Made by a program: the position numbers and the translations under genes
Part shown: positions 45,405 to 54,984 of the stretch, in pieces
How the letters are laid out: each line of letters opens with the position of its first letter
Numbering within the stretch: the first letter of the stretch is position 1
Notes under the pieces: model-generated
What the model was told of the DNA's origin: nothing
Database searches by the model: none
Seen by the model: the letters and a program-made list of their open reading frames with translations, nothing else
Virus record (IMG/VR): IMGVR_UViG_3300028898_000252
Location: 285,946 to 349,945 of that record
Strand: one strand, 5' to 3'
Source of the DNA: a virus
Taxonomy: Duplodnaviria > Heunggongvirae > Uroviricota > Caudoviricetes
Length of the DNA stretch: 64,000 nucleotides

Positions 45405-45929
45405 TTATAGTACTTTAATGAAATTGTTTAAAACTTCAGGAATCATCTCAAGGGATTCTTTCTCCGTTGAGTCTCCAAGACTGTCTACAACAACTTCGGT
45501 AATATTATATTCGTATTGCCCGTATACGGGCTCTCCAAAATAATTTTGAAGTTGGTCTATAACCAGACTTTCCGAACGATTGGCGGTAATAAATTCATTT
45601 AGTTTAAGATAAACATTGGCAATAAATCGATTTCCATCTGATAGGGAAAGTGGAATATCTTTATTGATATTAACAATATATTCTTGAAATATTGGTGCAA
45701 AAATTTTAACAAAATAAGTTTTAATTTTGCGCGCTTTAAATGCGTTAATACAAATTTTTGCTGCTTTGAGCAAAGCTTCTCTAATACGTTCTTTCATTGC
45801 TTCAAGTGCGGTTGATTCAGTATCAAAAACAAATATATCTTCGGGCAAAATAATATCTTTGCCATCTGATTTGAAAAAGCTATATCCCCAAGTCAAAACA
45901 TAAACTTTTTTCACTTGTTCGTCTGACAT
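45405..45929 (-). CDS. Paralogue family B protein
   Basis: YVLTWG..IFVFD..ITEVVVD. Confidence 0.75.
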   Translation of the reverse strand: MSDEQVKKVYVLTWGYSFFKSDGKDIILPEDIFVFDTESTALEAMKERIREALLKAAKICINAFKARKIKTYFVKIFAPIFQEYIVNINKDIPLSLSDGNRFIANVYLKLNEFITANRSESLVIDQLQNYFGEPVYGQYEYNITEVVVDSLGDSTEKESLEMIPEVLNNFIKVL

Positions 45930-45947
45930 TTTGGTTTTCCTTTCGTG

Positions 45948-46484
45948 TCAAAGGTTTGCAAACAAGAATTGATCAAAGCGAGAAAGAATATCTTTCTCAT
46001 CTTTTGGAATGCTAATAGTATCAACAACTTTTTCAACAATTCTATATTCTCCTGGGGAGACTATTCCTAGTCCAGAGTCATAAATTGTAAGAAAATCAAT
46101 AAGATTATCAAAAAATTGTATGGTGGTTTCCGTATCTTCTCCTTCGTAAAGTTTTTGCAAAGATTCAACAATTGAATCAATAATCTGATTAGCTTTATCA
46201 ATGGAAATTTTTGATCCGATTGAATTAAAATTTTTTTCCAAAATACACGCAACAGAAACAAGTTTTTCCATAGAAATTTGTTTGGAGGTCTTGGCAGCAA
46301 CAAGAACAAGATTCATCATTCCCAACAATTTAGATTTCAAGTCCTCTTGCATTCCTTCAAACGCTGTTGGTCTATTCTCAAAAATAAAAATCTTAGTTTC
46401 AACATCAATCGAATAATGGCCTGTGTATTCATTATAAGAACCCCAAGTCAAAACAAAGCACTTCTGAGTTTGTTCTGTCGACAT
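45948..46484 (-). CDS. Paralogue family B protein
   Basis: MSTEQT start, AGGAG RBS; FVLTWG..IFIFE..IVEKVVD. Confidence 0.75.
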   Translation of the reverse strand: MSTEQTQKCFVLTWGSYNEYTGHYSIDVETKIFIFENRPTAFEGMQEDLKSKLLGMMNLVLVAAKTSKQISMEKLVSVACILEKNFNSIGSKISIDKANQIIDSIVESLQKLYEGEDTETTIQFFDNLIDFLTIYDSGLGIVSPGEYRIVEKVVDTISIPKDEKDILSRFDQFLFANL

Positions 46485-46528
46485 TTTATTCTCCTTTGGG
46501 GGAATTGAGAGCAGCGCGGTGTATCGTG

Positions 46529-46557
46529 CCTGTAAGGCTTGCGACAACACACGTCAA
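46529..46557 (-). promoter_or_regulatory. sigma70-like promoter
   Basis: TTGACG-N17-TACAGG. Confidence 0.5.
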
Positions 46558-46621
46558 CCCCTCTATGGTTTTCTGCCCAAACCAAAAATATGAAATGAAA
46601 TTTAAAGAACCGATAAATAAT

Positions 46622-47098
46622 TTATGTTGGTTTTTTAACCATCAAAACAATAAATTCTGTTCTGTTTTTCGAATTTATAACATTATTAATTTGTTGAACT
46701 TCAAATCCTCTTTTTGCATAGTTGTTAATATCTATTGTCAAATGTCTTAGATTTTCCATTTGGAAAATTAGATATTCTGGAGAATTCTCAATAGAGGCAT
46801 CAAGTTTGTTTTTCAACAAATCGTTTTGAAGCTTCAGAGATTCAATCTCTTTTTCCAAAGTCTTTTTTTCTTCTTCAAATTTTTTTGTTTTAAGATCGAG
46901 AATTGCTTTCATTCCGTCATTATTTTGTGAGTTTCTGTTAAGTTCTTCAGTTAGATCTTTAACTTTTTTTGCAAGAGAAAGAAAAGTTTGGTTTTTCTCT
47001 TTCTCTTTAAGAAAAGAAATTTCTTGTTTGAGTTCAGAATTTTTCTTTTGAAGTTCTTCGAAGGCTTCTTTCGTTGGAGCGAAGTTCCTGAAAATCAT
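46622..47098 (-). CDS. Coiled-coil protein
   Basis: MIFRNF start; heptad E/K/L pattern. Confidence 0.7.
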   Translation of the reverse strand: MIFRNFAPTKEAFEELQKKNSELKQEISFLKEKEKNQTFLSLAKKVKDLTEELNRNSQNNDGMKAILDLKTKKFEEEKKTLEKEIESLKLQNDLLKNKLDASIENSPEYLIFQMENLRHLTIDINNYAKRGFEVQQINNVINSKNRTEFIVLMVKKPT

Positions 47099-47102
47099 CG
47101 AT

Positions 47103-47381
47103 TTATTCCTTTTGTTCGGGTTTTTGACGAGGACGAAGAGCAATCAAATACAAACAACTATCTCTTGATGTACGGGAAAATTCAACAATAACATAGTTTG
47201 TGGAACCTTCTTTGTAAAAAGAAGCGATTTCGTCAATATCATAATCCAAAAAGATTTCATTTTTAAGGTAATCTTTTGGATTCCATTCAAGAAGAATAAT
47301 AGTTTCTCCAAAGGAGTTTTTATACTTTGACCTTTCAACAGCATAGAGAAAGGTTTGTATTGGTTGTTTTTTTAGTTGCAC
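47103..47381 (-). CDS. Hypothetical protein
   Basis: 92 aa, GTG start, AAGGA RBS. Confidence 0.65.
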   Translation of the reverse strand: MQLKKQPIQTFLYAVERSKYKNSFGETIILLEWNPKDYLKNEIFLDYDIDEIASFYKEGSTNYVIVEFSRTSRDSCLYLIALRPRQKPEQKE

Positions 47382-47396
47382 GGTTTTATTTCCTTT

Positions 47397-47930
47397 TCAC
47401 ACCAAAAAATTTGGAATCCATTCTTCTGGATATGGATATGATTGCATCTCGTTTACTTCAAATGTTTCTACGTCAATTTGAATAGGACTCAATTGATCAC
47501 TTTCTCCAACAAGAAAAAACGGCGAAAAAAACGTTGGCTCTCTATGTAATAGATCTATTCTAGTAATATCTGTAATAAATCCTTTTTTGTTTTGGTCCAA
47601 AAACTCAACAGTATCTTTAATTTCGGTATTAAGATTTTTAACACTCATTGTTTCATTAATTTTATTATAGAAAGTTTTAAGAACATCAGATAAGTCATAA
47701 GCCTCTCTTGGGTTGTTTGTGCTAACTGACTTTAGGTCTCTATGAAACAAGAAAACTTGAATTTTAATCCTGTTAATGAGAATAGGCATAAAGAATGTTT
47801 CGCTTGTAAAAACTCCAAGGCTTTCACGAAACATTTTTACCGTTGGCTTCATATTATCAAAGTTAGATAACAAACATTTGCCAACAAACGCAGGCAAAAA
47901 CACTTGGTCGAGAACTTTGTTGTCCGTCAT
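47397..47930 (-). CDS. Paralogue family B protein (tandem duplicate)
   Basis: MTDNKVLDQVFL. Confidence 0.8.
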   Translation of the reverse strand: MTDNKVLDQVFLPAFVGKCLLSNFDNMKPTVKMFRESLGVFTSETFFMPILINRIKIQVFLFHRDLKSVSTNNPREAYDLSDVLKTFYNKINETMSVKNLNTEIKDTVEFLDQNKKGFITDITRIDLLHREPTFFSPFFLVGESDQLSPIQIDVETFEVNEMQSYPYPEEWIPNFLV

Positions 47931-48017
47931 TTGATTTTTCTTTCTGGTTTATGAGGTTTTGGCATAGAGAAAAGATTGTATTGGTTGGTTTTTAGTCGCA
48001 TAGTTTTATTTCTTTTT

Positions 48018-48521
48018 TCACTCCAGGAAGTCGGGAATTGAATCTGTGATTTGAGCTTCGTTCGCCTCGAAAGATTTGATCTTAATTTGAAAAGGAATAA
48101 TATATCCAGAGTCATCTACCATAAAAAACGGCGAATAGTTCCAGGATTTTGTACGATCCATCGACATGTTTCGAAGATATCCTCTGTTTGAGTCTATTTT
48201 TTTAACAATCTCTCTAATTTTTTGATTAATAGTTTGAATTTTCATTGTTTCATTAATCAATGAGTAAAAGGTCTTAAGATCATCAAACAGCCCATTAGTT
48301 TCCTTAACGCTTATTTTCATGTTTTTCAAATAATTGTTTAAATCTTTGTTGAAATTAAAAACTTGGACCTTAAGTTGATTAACTATTACAGGCATAAAAA
48401 ATGTTTCTCTTGCAAAAATTCCAAGTATTTTGTGTGTATCCTCATACGAATATCTTTCAAGAGTTCCATCACAAATAAACATAAGCAAAAACACTTGATC
48501 GAGAACCTTGTTGTCCGCCAT
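48018..48521 (-). CDS. Paralogue family B protein (tandem duplicate)
   Basis: MADNKVLDQVFL. Confidence 0.8.
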   Translation of the reverse strand: MADNKVLDQVFLLMFICDGTLERYSYEDTHKILGIFARETFFMPVIVNQLKVQVFNFNKDLNNYLKNMKISVKETNGLFDDLKTFYSLINETMKIQTINQKIREIVKKIDSNRGYLRNMSMDRTKSWNYSPFFMVDDSGYIIPFQIKIKSFEANEAQITDSIPDFLE

Positions 48522-48573
48522 TTGATTTTTCTTTCTGGTTTATGAGGTTTTGGCGAGCGAAACTGTCACAAGC

Positions 48574-48602
48574 TCTATAACGAGCACTGTGCTTGCCGTC
48601 AA
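48574..48602 (-). promoter_or_regulatory. sigma70-like promoter
   Basis: TTGACG-N17-TATAGA. Confidence 0.65.
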
Positions 48603-48621
48603 CCCTCTTGTTAAACACATT

Positions 48622-49431
48622 TCACTCTCTAATAATCGGCTCTTTATTTTCAAAAAGAGTTTCTGGAAGATTCTGGATAGAAGACAGTTTAGGAAACTCT
48701 ACTTCCATATATCTTGATCTTGTGATTATTAAGTTTGGATTCTTGTGCGCCTCGTGTTTTGGAGACAACTCAGAAAGCTCTTCTTTTGAGAAAGGAGTTG
48801 ACAAAGTTACTTTTTTAATATAAGTGCCGCGTTTAAATCTACTTGGATAATCATCCCAGTTAATTCCTTTTTCTTTAAAAAGTTTTTCTTGTTTTTGTTT
48901 GCCGTCTAAACCATGAAGAGACTTATGAGAAAAGTTACACTGCGCAGCCATTGAAATTGAATTCTTTGTTGCGTCAAGTTCTCTCCAAAGAATTGTGTTT
49001 GCTGCCTCTGCTAAAGTTGGAACATTCCAAACGCGGCAATCAAAACTTGGAAACTTACCTTTCTTCTCAGGTAAAAACTCTTCGAGTCTTGAATAAAAAT
49101 ACACAGAGCAAATTGCAGAAAGTGTTGAGCATATTTTTTGAATCCTGCCTCCAAAATAAGGTTCCTCTTTTTGTTTCGGAAGCATCACAAGAGAAATCTC
49201 ATCACTTTGAGTGTATCCTAATACAGAGTTAGTTTCTTTTGTTAGGTGTAAAGTTGTTTCAAACATGAGTTGTTGAAATCTTGTGTCAAAAGGTCTTTCA
49301 AGTCCTTTTGTGAAAGTATGAAAACTTCTTCCATCGAGGCGAACCATAATTGGAAGTAATGGCATGAGTTTCCTCATTGCTTCCATTCCTTCATATTCTT
49401 TCATTCTGTTTCCGAGAGCGTCATTGTCCAT
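48622..49431 (-). CDS. thg1: Thg1-like 3-prime-5-prime polymerase / tRNA-His guanylyltransferase
   Basis: RMKEYE, VRLDGRSFH, YTQSDEIS, FGGRIQK, FDCRV, WRELDATKNSI, FKRG. Confidence 0.95.
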   Translation of the reverse strand: MDNDALGNRMKEYEGMEAMRKLMPLLPIMVRLDGRSFHTFTKGLERPFDTRFQQLMFETTLHLTKETNSVLGYTQSDEISLVMLPKQKEEPYFGGRIQKICSTLSAICSVYFYSRLEEFLPEKKGKFPSFDCRVWNVPTLAEAANTILWRELDATKNSISMAAQCNFSHKSLHGLDGKQKQEKLFKEKGINWDDYPSRFKRGTYIKKVTLSTPFSKEELSELSPKHEAHKNPNLIITRSRYMEVEFPKLSSIQNLPETLFENKEPIIRE

Positions 49432-49913
49432 TTTTTATATCCTTCTACTTTATCGAGATCCATTCCAGGCATAATAGGAAATTCTTCAATCCCATCTTTT
49501 GTTAAAATTTTTAACCATTCAAGACCATATTTTCCTTTTTCTTTTTTAAGAAAGATTGATGAATCTTGTATTAAAAACCATAAGATAGTTGGGGCATATA
49601 GATGACCATCTACATACCAACGTTGTAATCCAGTTTCTAGTTCAACTGCTGGACCATCTACCCTATGACGTTTTCCTTCTTTGTACCAGAATTCATCTCC
49701 GTTTGAATGTTCAACCGCAGGACCATCTTCTCGATGAAGTTTGCCCTCTTTATACCAAGATTTGTATTCGCCAGATTCTTCAACCGCAGGACCATTTTCT
49801 CTGTGAAGTTTACCCTCTTTAAAATAAGAAACTTTGGTTCCGTTTTTCTGTTCAACAATTCCTGTATAATTTATTGGAAGTTCATCGGAACTATTCAATT
49901 TTATAGTTATCAT
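49401..49913 (-). CDS. HRxDGPA-repeat protein (3 repeats) with cap
   Basis: NYTGIVE lead; FLKKEKGKYGLEWLK cap. Confidence 0.85.
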   Translation of the reverse strand: MITIKLNSSDELPINYTGIVEQKNGTKVSYFKEGKLHRENGPAVEESGEYKSWYKEGKLHREDGPAVEHSNGDEFWYKEGKRHRVDGPAVELETGLQRWYVDGHLYAPTILWFLIQDSSIFLKKEKGKYGLEWLKILTKDGIEEFPIMPGMDLDKVEGYKKWTMTLSETE

Positions 49914-49916
49914 AGC

Positions 49917-50795
49917 TTACCTTTCATATTTGCCAATAGGTAATTTCAATATTTTAACCTCTTGAATCATTTCTCCATCAGGAAGTCCTTTAATAATATT
50001 TGACTTAAGGACTTCAAAGTTGTATATGTGTCTAATCAAAAGCTTATTACAATATTCACTTATAATTTTCCATGCTAGATTAATTTTGTTTTTCAGTATT
50101 TCTTCTTCAAGTTCTGTTTGCCACATTGGATTATAATGTTTATATAACTTAAGATTATACTTTCCAAACCTTGGTAAATCTATCATAGATTCAGTCCACC
50201 AAGAATTTGAAGGATGCCTCTTGAAGTTATCAAAATACCAATAGTCCGAACCAAAAACTTCAACTCTAGGAATAACGCTTTGAATAAATAAACTTGGAAA
50301 TCTTCTCGTTCTGTTAAAGGTTTCGTCGACTTCTGTATGGCAAAACCTTGGATCACCCAATGGTTCAAACTCTATTTGGTCTTCTCTGTTGAAACCATAA
50401 AACCTTGTTTTCCCTTTTTGAATAACTTTATATGGTCCATATTTTTGAGTAAAAAATGCTAGCCAGTTTGGTTTTTGATTATCTAACATATTTGGAAATG
50501 TCATATCTATTACATCTGATAAATTTCGCCTATAAAGAATTTCGATTTGGTCAAATTCTTCTATTTTGTATTCAACTGCTGAATCAAGATCCATTATTTT
50601 GATTTTGAAAGTTCCATCATAAATAAATTTTTCTGATTCATTGCCACCAGACTCAAAATATCCATAGTCTTTGTTTGGTTTGCCGACAGAAACCACTCTC
50701 CCAACAAATGAGGCACCAGATGTTAAAGTAAACCTATAAGTTTGATTTGTTGAAAGATGAGTTTCGTCATATTTTTTTGAGTTTTGATTTGACAT
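49917..50795 (-). CDS. Hypothetical protein (paralogue of 40930)
   Basis: MSNQNS start. Confidence 0.75.
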   Translation of the reverse strand: MSNQNSKKYDETHLSTNQTYRFTLTSGASFVGRVVSVGKPNKDYGYFESGGNESEKFIYDGTFKIKIMDLDSAVEYKIEEFDQIEILYRRNLSDVIDMTFPNMLDNQKPNWLAFFTQKYGPYKVIQKGKTRFYGFNREDQIEFEPLGDPRFCHTEVDETFNRTRRFPSLFIQSVIPRVEVFGSDYWYFDNFKRHPSNSWWTESMIDLPRFGKYNLKLYKHYNPMWQTELEEEILKNKINLAWKIISEYCNKLLIRHIYNFEVLKSNIIKGLPDGEMIQEVKILKLPIGKYER

Positions 50796-50897
50796 ATAGC
50801 TCAACCTTCGCAAGAGGCAAAACAAACAAAGCATAAAAGGCAACAACCAAACAAATGGCAGCTGCCGCAAAAATCTCTTTAACTATTATTCTAAGTT

Positions 50898-51194
50898 TCA
50901 TTCTTCTCCACAAGCAAGAGAACGGTCCATCCAATAAAGTTCATTAGACCTAGTTCTAACTCTAACAAATGTTTTGTCTTCAATTGTTTGGATTCCAACA
51001 ATCTCAAGTTCTGAAGTAGGATCTTTTTCTTCTTCGAGTTCTGGAAACAAACTATCGAAGTAATAAATTGCATCAATCTTTTCAAAAACTCGATAAATTT
51101 TATTGTCGTGTTCTATCAACTCTGAATATGCAATTGCCGTTAAAAGCTTATGAAAGAAAACGGATTCTCGATTTACTTTGACGGTTTCCATCAT
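50898..51194 (-). CDS. Hypothetical protein
   Basis: 98 aa, coupled to the ligase stop. Confidence 0.65.
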   Translation of the reverse strand: MMETVKVNRESVFFHKLLTAIAYSELIEHDNKIYRVFEKIDAIYYFDSLFPELEEEKDPTSELEIVGIQTIEDKTFVRVRTRSNELYWMDRSLACGEE

Positions 51195-52288
51195 GACCTC
51201 ATTAGATAGTTTCTGGAGACGTATTTGAGAGCAACCCTTCCGATCTTATAGTCAGTCTTTTCAACTTCTGTTTTAATAACAATGCCTTCTCTAATATGAT
51301 CCTTTCCACAACCTTCCAAACTTGTTTCTGATTCTTCAGCAAGAGTTTCAAGAAGTTGAGGATTGTGTTTTCCGTGATAAAGGACAGGAACGGTTTTTAG
51401 TCCTTCATATTCTTTTGAAGACACAAGTTCTCCAAACGGAACCCATTGATTGTTTTTAAGAACATCAAAAATACGAACTCCATATTCTCCTTTTTTAATT
51501 CCATAATGGAATTTATCTCCTTGAACGTTGCCGCCAAAAAGTTCTCCATAAATAATAATTCCTGGGTTTGCCTTGCACCATTCCTCAATCCAAGGATTGA
51601 ATTTCAAGGCTTCCCACCAAGAACATTCGGGAGCATCCTTTTCAATTAATTCACCTGTGAGGGGATGAACGAAAGAGATTTTTTCTCCCTCGGTTTTCTT
51701 TTTCCATGTAGTTCTCGAACCACAGTGCATCTCGCCATCCCAAAAAACATATCGAGCAGAACTTCCGTGCAATTTGCATGTGTAAAAAACCACATCTTCC
51801 TCAGAAATAAGCTTGCCATACTTGCGTATGTTTTCTAAGTCATACTTAGGAATTCTTGAGATTCCTGGGATGGAAGGTTCTTTTGTTTGAAGTCCCGATT
51901 TAAGCGCGGCACCTTCCGCTCCCCAAGCATTTTTAACAGGAGGCGGTTCCCACCTTGTAATTCCATATTCCTCCATAACATCATCACCAACTTTGTGATG
52001 TGACTGTGCTTTAATCAAAAGTCCTTCCGACCAAACACCTCGAAGTCTTCGGCAAGTGATTCTTTGTTTTTCTTTTGTTCCTTTTTGGAGGAAAGCAAAT
52101 TCAGAGCGAGCAGTAGGAACCATATAGTCAGGTTCAACAAAGATTCCAAGGTCTCCTACTTTGAACTCTCCAATTTTTGAAATGATTGAGTAGTCATACC
52201 CCTTTACTTTAATAATTTCTAGAGCATCTGCCCCAGGATGCTTTACAACAGTTTCGATTTCAACAACGAGAACTTCGTGCTCAGACAT
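51191..52288 (-). CDS. RNA ligase, DRB0094/Rnl5 family
   Basis: N-terminal OB fold HPGADALE..RLRGVWSEGLL; motif I KLHGSS, YGELFG, FDV, VPVL, REGIVIK, LKYVS. Confidence 0.92.
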   Translation of the reverse strand: MSEHEVLVVEIETVVKHPGADALEIIKVKGYDYSIISKIGEFKVGDLGIFVEPDYMVPTARSEFAFLQKGTKEKQRITCRRLRGVWSEGLLIKAQSHHKVGDDVMEEYGITRWEPPPVKNAWGAEGAALKSGLQTKEPSIPGISRIPKYDLENIRKYGKLISEEDVVFYTCKLHGSSARYVFWDGEMHCGSRTTWKKKTEGEKISFVHPLTGELIEKDAPECSWWEALKFNPWIEEWCKANPGIIIYGELFGGNVQGDKFHYGIKKGEYGVRIFDVLKNNQWVPFGELVSSKEYEGLKTVPVLYHGKHNPQLLETLAEESETSLEGCGKDHIREGIVIKTEVEKTDYKIGRVALKYVSRNYLMRS

Positions 52289-52309
52289 TTGATTGGTTTC
52301 CTTTCAGGA

Positions 52310-52642
52310 TTATGAGAGTTTGATTGAAGAAACAATTTGATCAATCTCTTTTTGAGAGACCTTCCATGTTGTTGCCCCTTTTTCTTTAATGAGAAAAATA
52401 CTTTGTTCTAAAGAATCTCGAAGAAGTTTTGAGTGAACAGATCCAAAAACTGCTGCTCTAACAGTTGGAAGAAATATTTGTTTTGGAACCTTGTTGAACA
52501 ACTTGTTTAGGTTTAAAACAATTTCGGCAACATCACCGTATTTTCCTTTTGAGAAGGAACTACTAATATAAATTGACAGAAGTCTCGCCGACTTGGTTTG
52601 ATCCGAGGAGTTTAGAACTTCAATCAGTTGATTTGTTTTCAT
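52310..52642 (-). CDS. Hypothetical protein
   Basis: 110 aa. Confidence 0.65.
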   Translation of the reverse strand: MKTNQLIEVLNSSDQTKSARLLSIYISSSFSKGKYGDVAEIVLNLNKLFNKVPKQIFLPTVRAAVFGSVHSKLLRDSLEQSIFLIKEKGATTWKVSQKEIDQIVSSIKLS

Positions 52643-52935
52643 GGCCAGCTTGTTTCTTTTTTGTTGAAAGCGAAAACAGTCAAACCTAAATCAATAGTTT
52701 GATAGACCGCTGGAAATATAAAACAAAGAGAAATCGTTTTTGAAGCGACAGTAAAAAGAATTATCATTGATATAACAAATAACCAAATCTTGAAATTGTC
52801 AACAACATCAGCAAAAGAAATTCTAATCTTGTTCTCTTTAATGAGTTTTATTACTTTACCAAGAGTAGGAATCCATACCGCATTAATAAACAAACAGTAC
52901 ATTATTACTGCTGAGTCAATTGGTTCGAATTTCAT
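52639..52935 (-). CDS. Small membrane protein
   Basis: 3 hydrophobic segments; MKFEPID like its neighbour MITFQPID. Confidence 0.7.
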   Translation of the reverse strand: MKFEPIDSAVIMYCLFINAVWIPTLGKVIKLIKENKIRISFADVVDNFKIWLFVISMIILFTVASKTISLCFIFPAVYQTIDLGLTVFAFNKKETSWP

Positions 52936-53234
52936 TTTGTTTTATCTCGATTCTTTAAGTGATTCCAAATCATCCAACCAAACATTGCTGTGTGAAAACA
53001 CAAGAAAACTATAATTGCAAGCGAAATCTGACCTTGAAAATAACAAAAACCAGTTAATAAAAAGAATACAAAAAGAAATCCAATCAAAGATGTAGTCAAG
53101 TAAAGTTTACTACCAATAGTTTTAGGACTTTTTTTGATAAAGTCATTTTGCTGATAGGTAATAAATAAAACATAAAGACATATTGAAATCAGCAAAAGAA
53201 TTTGATTTTTGTCGATTGGTTGAAAAGTTATCAT
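52932..53234 (-). CDS. Small membrane protein
   Basis: 3 hydrophobic segments. Confidence 0.7.
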   Translation of the reverse strand: MITFQPIDKNQILLLISICLYVLFITYQQNDFIKKSPKTIGSKLYLTTSLIGFLFVFFLLTGFCYFQGQISLAIIVFLCFHTAMFGWMIWNHLKNRDKTK

Positions 53235-53383
53235 AGCGGAATTCCATCGTCGAAGTCTTCAAATTCTTCTCTTTCCTCGAAAGGTTCTTCTTTTGTTTTA
53301 ATTTTATCTACTTTAGAGGTGTCCAACTCAGCTTTATAGTTCTGAAGTCCTTCTAATCGTTTTTCTTTTCTTTGTGTTTTCAT
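53231..53383 (-). CDS. 50-aa peptide with acidic tail ending DFDDGIPL (not in ORF track)
   Basis: AAGGA RBS, ATGA coupling. Confidence 0.6.
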   Translation of the reverse strand: MKTQRKEKRLEGLQNYKAELDTSKVDKIKTKEEPFEEREEFEDFDDGIPL

Positions 53384-53424
53384 GTGAATTACTTTCCTTT
53401 CCTTTGTTTCGAAAACAAGAAAAC

Positions 53425-53964
53425 TTATCCTTCTCCATCATCATAAAACAATTCTATTTCCGAGCCGTCGGGGTGACATTGATTATATTTTTCAACAACT
53501 TGTTCTAGCTCTCTGTTAATATAATGTTTTCGATGGGAAGCATCAGCAGAAAACTCTCCAACATTATTGTAGTCTTCTTTAAGTTTTTCAGAAAGCTCTC
53601 GAAGTTGTTTGTTTGTCATGTTTGCGTCATAGCGATTCACTCGTTCTGGATAATACCTATAAGTTTCTTTTTGGTAAGCATAGACACACTCACCTGAAGG
53701 TTTTTGATTGTTGTATGGTTTTCCATCTCTAAACCATTCTGTTGCTCCGTCTGCCCATTCAACAGCGGGACCGTCATCCCGATGAAGCAATCCATTTCTG
53801 TACCAAAATTTGGTACCATCTTTCATAATCAATGCAGGGCCATCTTCTCGATGATGCAAACCATTTTTGTACCAAGCGGTTGATTGATTCGTGCGAATCA
53901 AAATACCCGTAAAACGGGGAGGCAGAGGACTAATATCAGTCGGAGACATTTCTAGAGTTTGCAT
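53425..53964 (-). CDS. HRxDGPA-repeat protein (2 repeats) with unique C-terminus
   Basis: HHREDGPA, LHRDDGPA. Confidence 0.85.
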   Translation of the reverse strand: MQTLEMSPTDISPLPPRFTGILIRTNQSTAWYKNGLHHREDGPALIMKDGTKFWYRNGLLHRDDGPAVEWADGATEWFRDGKPYNNQKPSGECVYAYQKETYRYYPERVNRYDANMTNKQLRELSEKLKEDYNNVGEFSADASHRKHYINRELEQVVEKYNQCHPDGSEIELFYDDGEG

Positions 53965-53970
53965 TTAGCA

Positions 53971-54321
53971 TTATCCTTTTTTTGCACTACCCTTGTTTCT
54001 TCTTTCAATTTCTTCGTTAAATTCTTTTTCTGAATAATATCTTTCTCCTTCAATCCACCATTCTTTGTGACGAACTCCCCACTCAACCGCGGGACCATTG
54101 GTTCTATGTCGTTTACCTTCTTTAAACCATTCTTTGTAGCCGTTTTTGTTTTCAACAGCGGGACCATCTTCTCGATGTAATTCGCCACCTTTGTACCATC
54201 TGTTTCCTATAGATTCAACTATAGCAATTCCTGTAAAATTAGATGGTCGAGTATCCAAATCCCCCAACTTAATTACTGTTTGTGAATTTCCAGCAGAAGG
54301 ATTCTCTTTTGTAGTTTTCAT
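53971..54321 (-). CDS. HRxDGPA-repeat protein (2 repeats)
   Basis: NFTGIA lead; YSEKEF cap. Confidence 0.85.
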   Translation of the reverse strand: MKTTKENPSAGNSQTVIKLGDLDTRPSNFTGIAIVESIGNRWYKGGELHREDGPAVENKNGYKEWFKEGKRHRTNGPAVEWGVRHKEWWIEGERYYSEKEFNEEIERRNKGSAKKG

Positions 54322-54984
54322 TTATGAATCCTTTTGTTCGAGTTTTATTATTAGTGTTTTGTCTTCCAATTTTATTTCTCTTAGATCAATCTTAATTTCT
54401 GTTGGGAAATTCTTCGGCAGCAATATGCTCAAAACAATGGTTCCGTTTTCCATATTGATTATTTCAACTTTGTTTTCAGAAACGATTTCAATAGGCTTAT
54501 CTTTAGTTTCTTGGTTTCTTCTTTTAATTTCTTTCTTGAAATCTTCTTCGGAATAATATTTTCCTTCAATCCACCATTCTTTTGTTCCATCTGCCCATTC
54601 ACAAGCAGGACCATCAATTCGGTGTCGTTTATCTTCTACATACCATTCTTTATCTCCATTTGAATATTCAAATGCTGGACCGTCTTCTCGGTGGAGTTTT
54701 CCATTAACCCACCATTCTTTTGATCTATCTCTCCGTTCAACAGCGGGACCATCAAGCCGATGATGAAATCCTTTGCTAAACCAATATTTATCTCCATTTT
54801 CTAATTCAATAATTCCTGTAAAGTTGTCAGGAACAAACTCTGATTTTTTTATTTTAAGAATTTCTAACCCATCAGAAGATTTTGTTTCGACTGACGGTTT
54901 CTTTGTTTCTGTTTTAGAAACTTTCTTTGTATTCTTCTTTGTTTTGGTTTTCGCCGTTTTCATCATTTCCTCCTGTTGATTCAA
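54322..54984 (-). CDS. HRxDGPA-repeat protein (3 repeats)
   Basis: DNFTGIIE lead; YSEEDFKKEI cap. Confidence 0.85.
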   Translation of the reverse strand: MNQQEEMMKTAKTKTKKNTKKVSKTETKKPSVETKSSDGLEILKIKKSEFVPDNFTGIIELENGDKYWFSKGFHHRLDGPAVERRDRSKEWWVNGKLHREDGPAFEYSNGDKEWYVEDKRHRIDGPACEWADGTKEWWIEGKYYSEEDFKKEIKRRNQETKDKPIEIVSENKVEIINMENGTIVLSILLPKNFPTEIKIDLREIKLEDKTLIIKLEQKDS

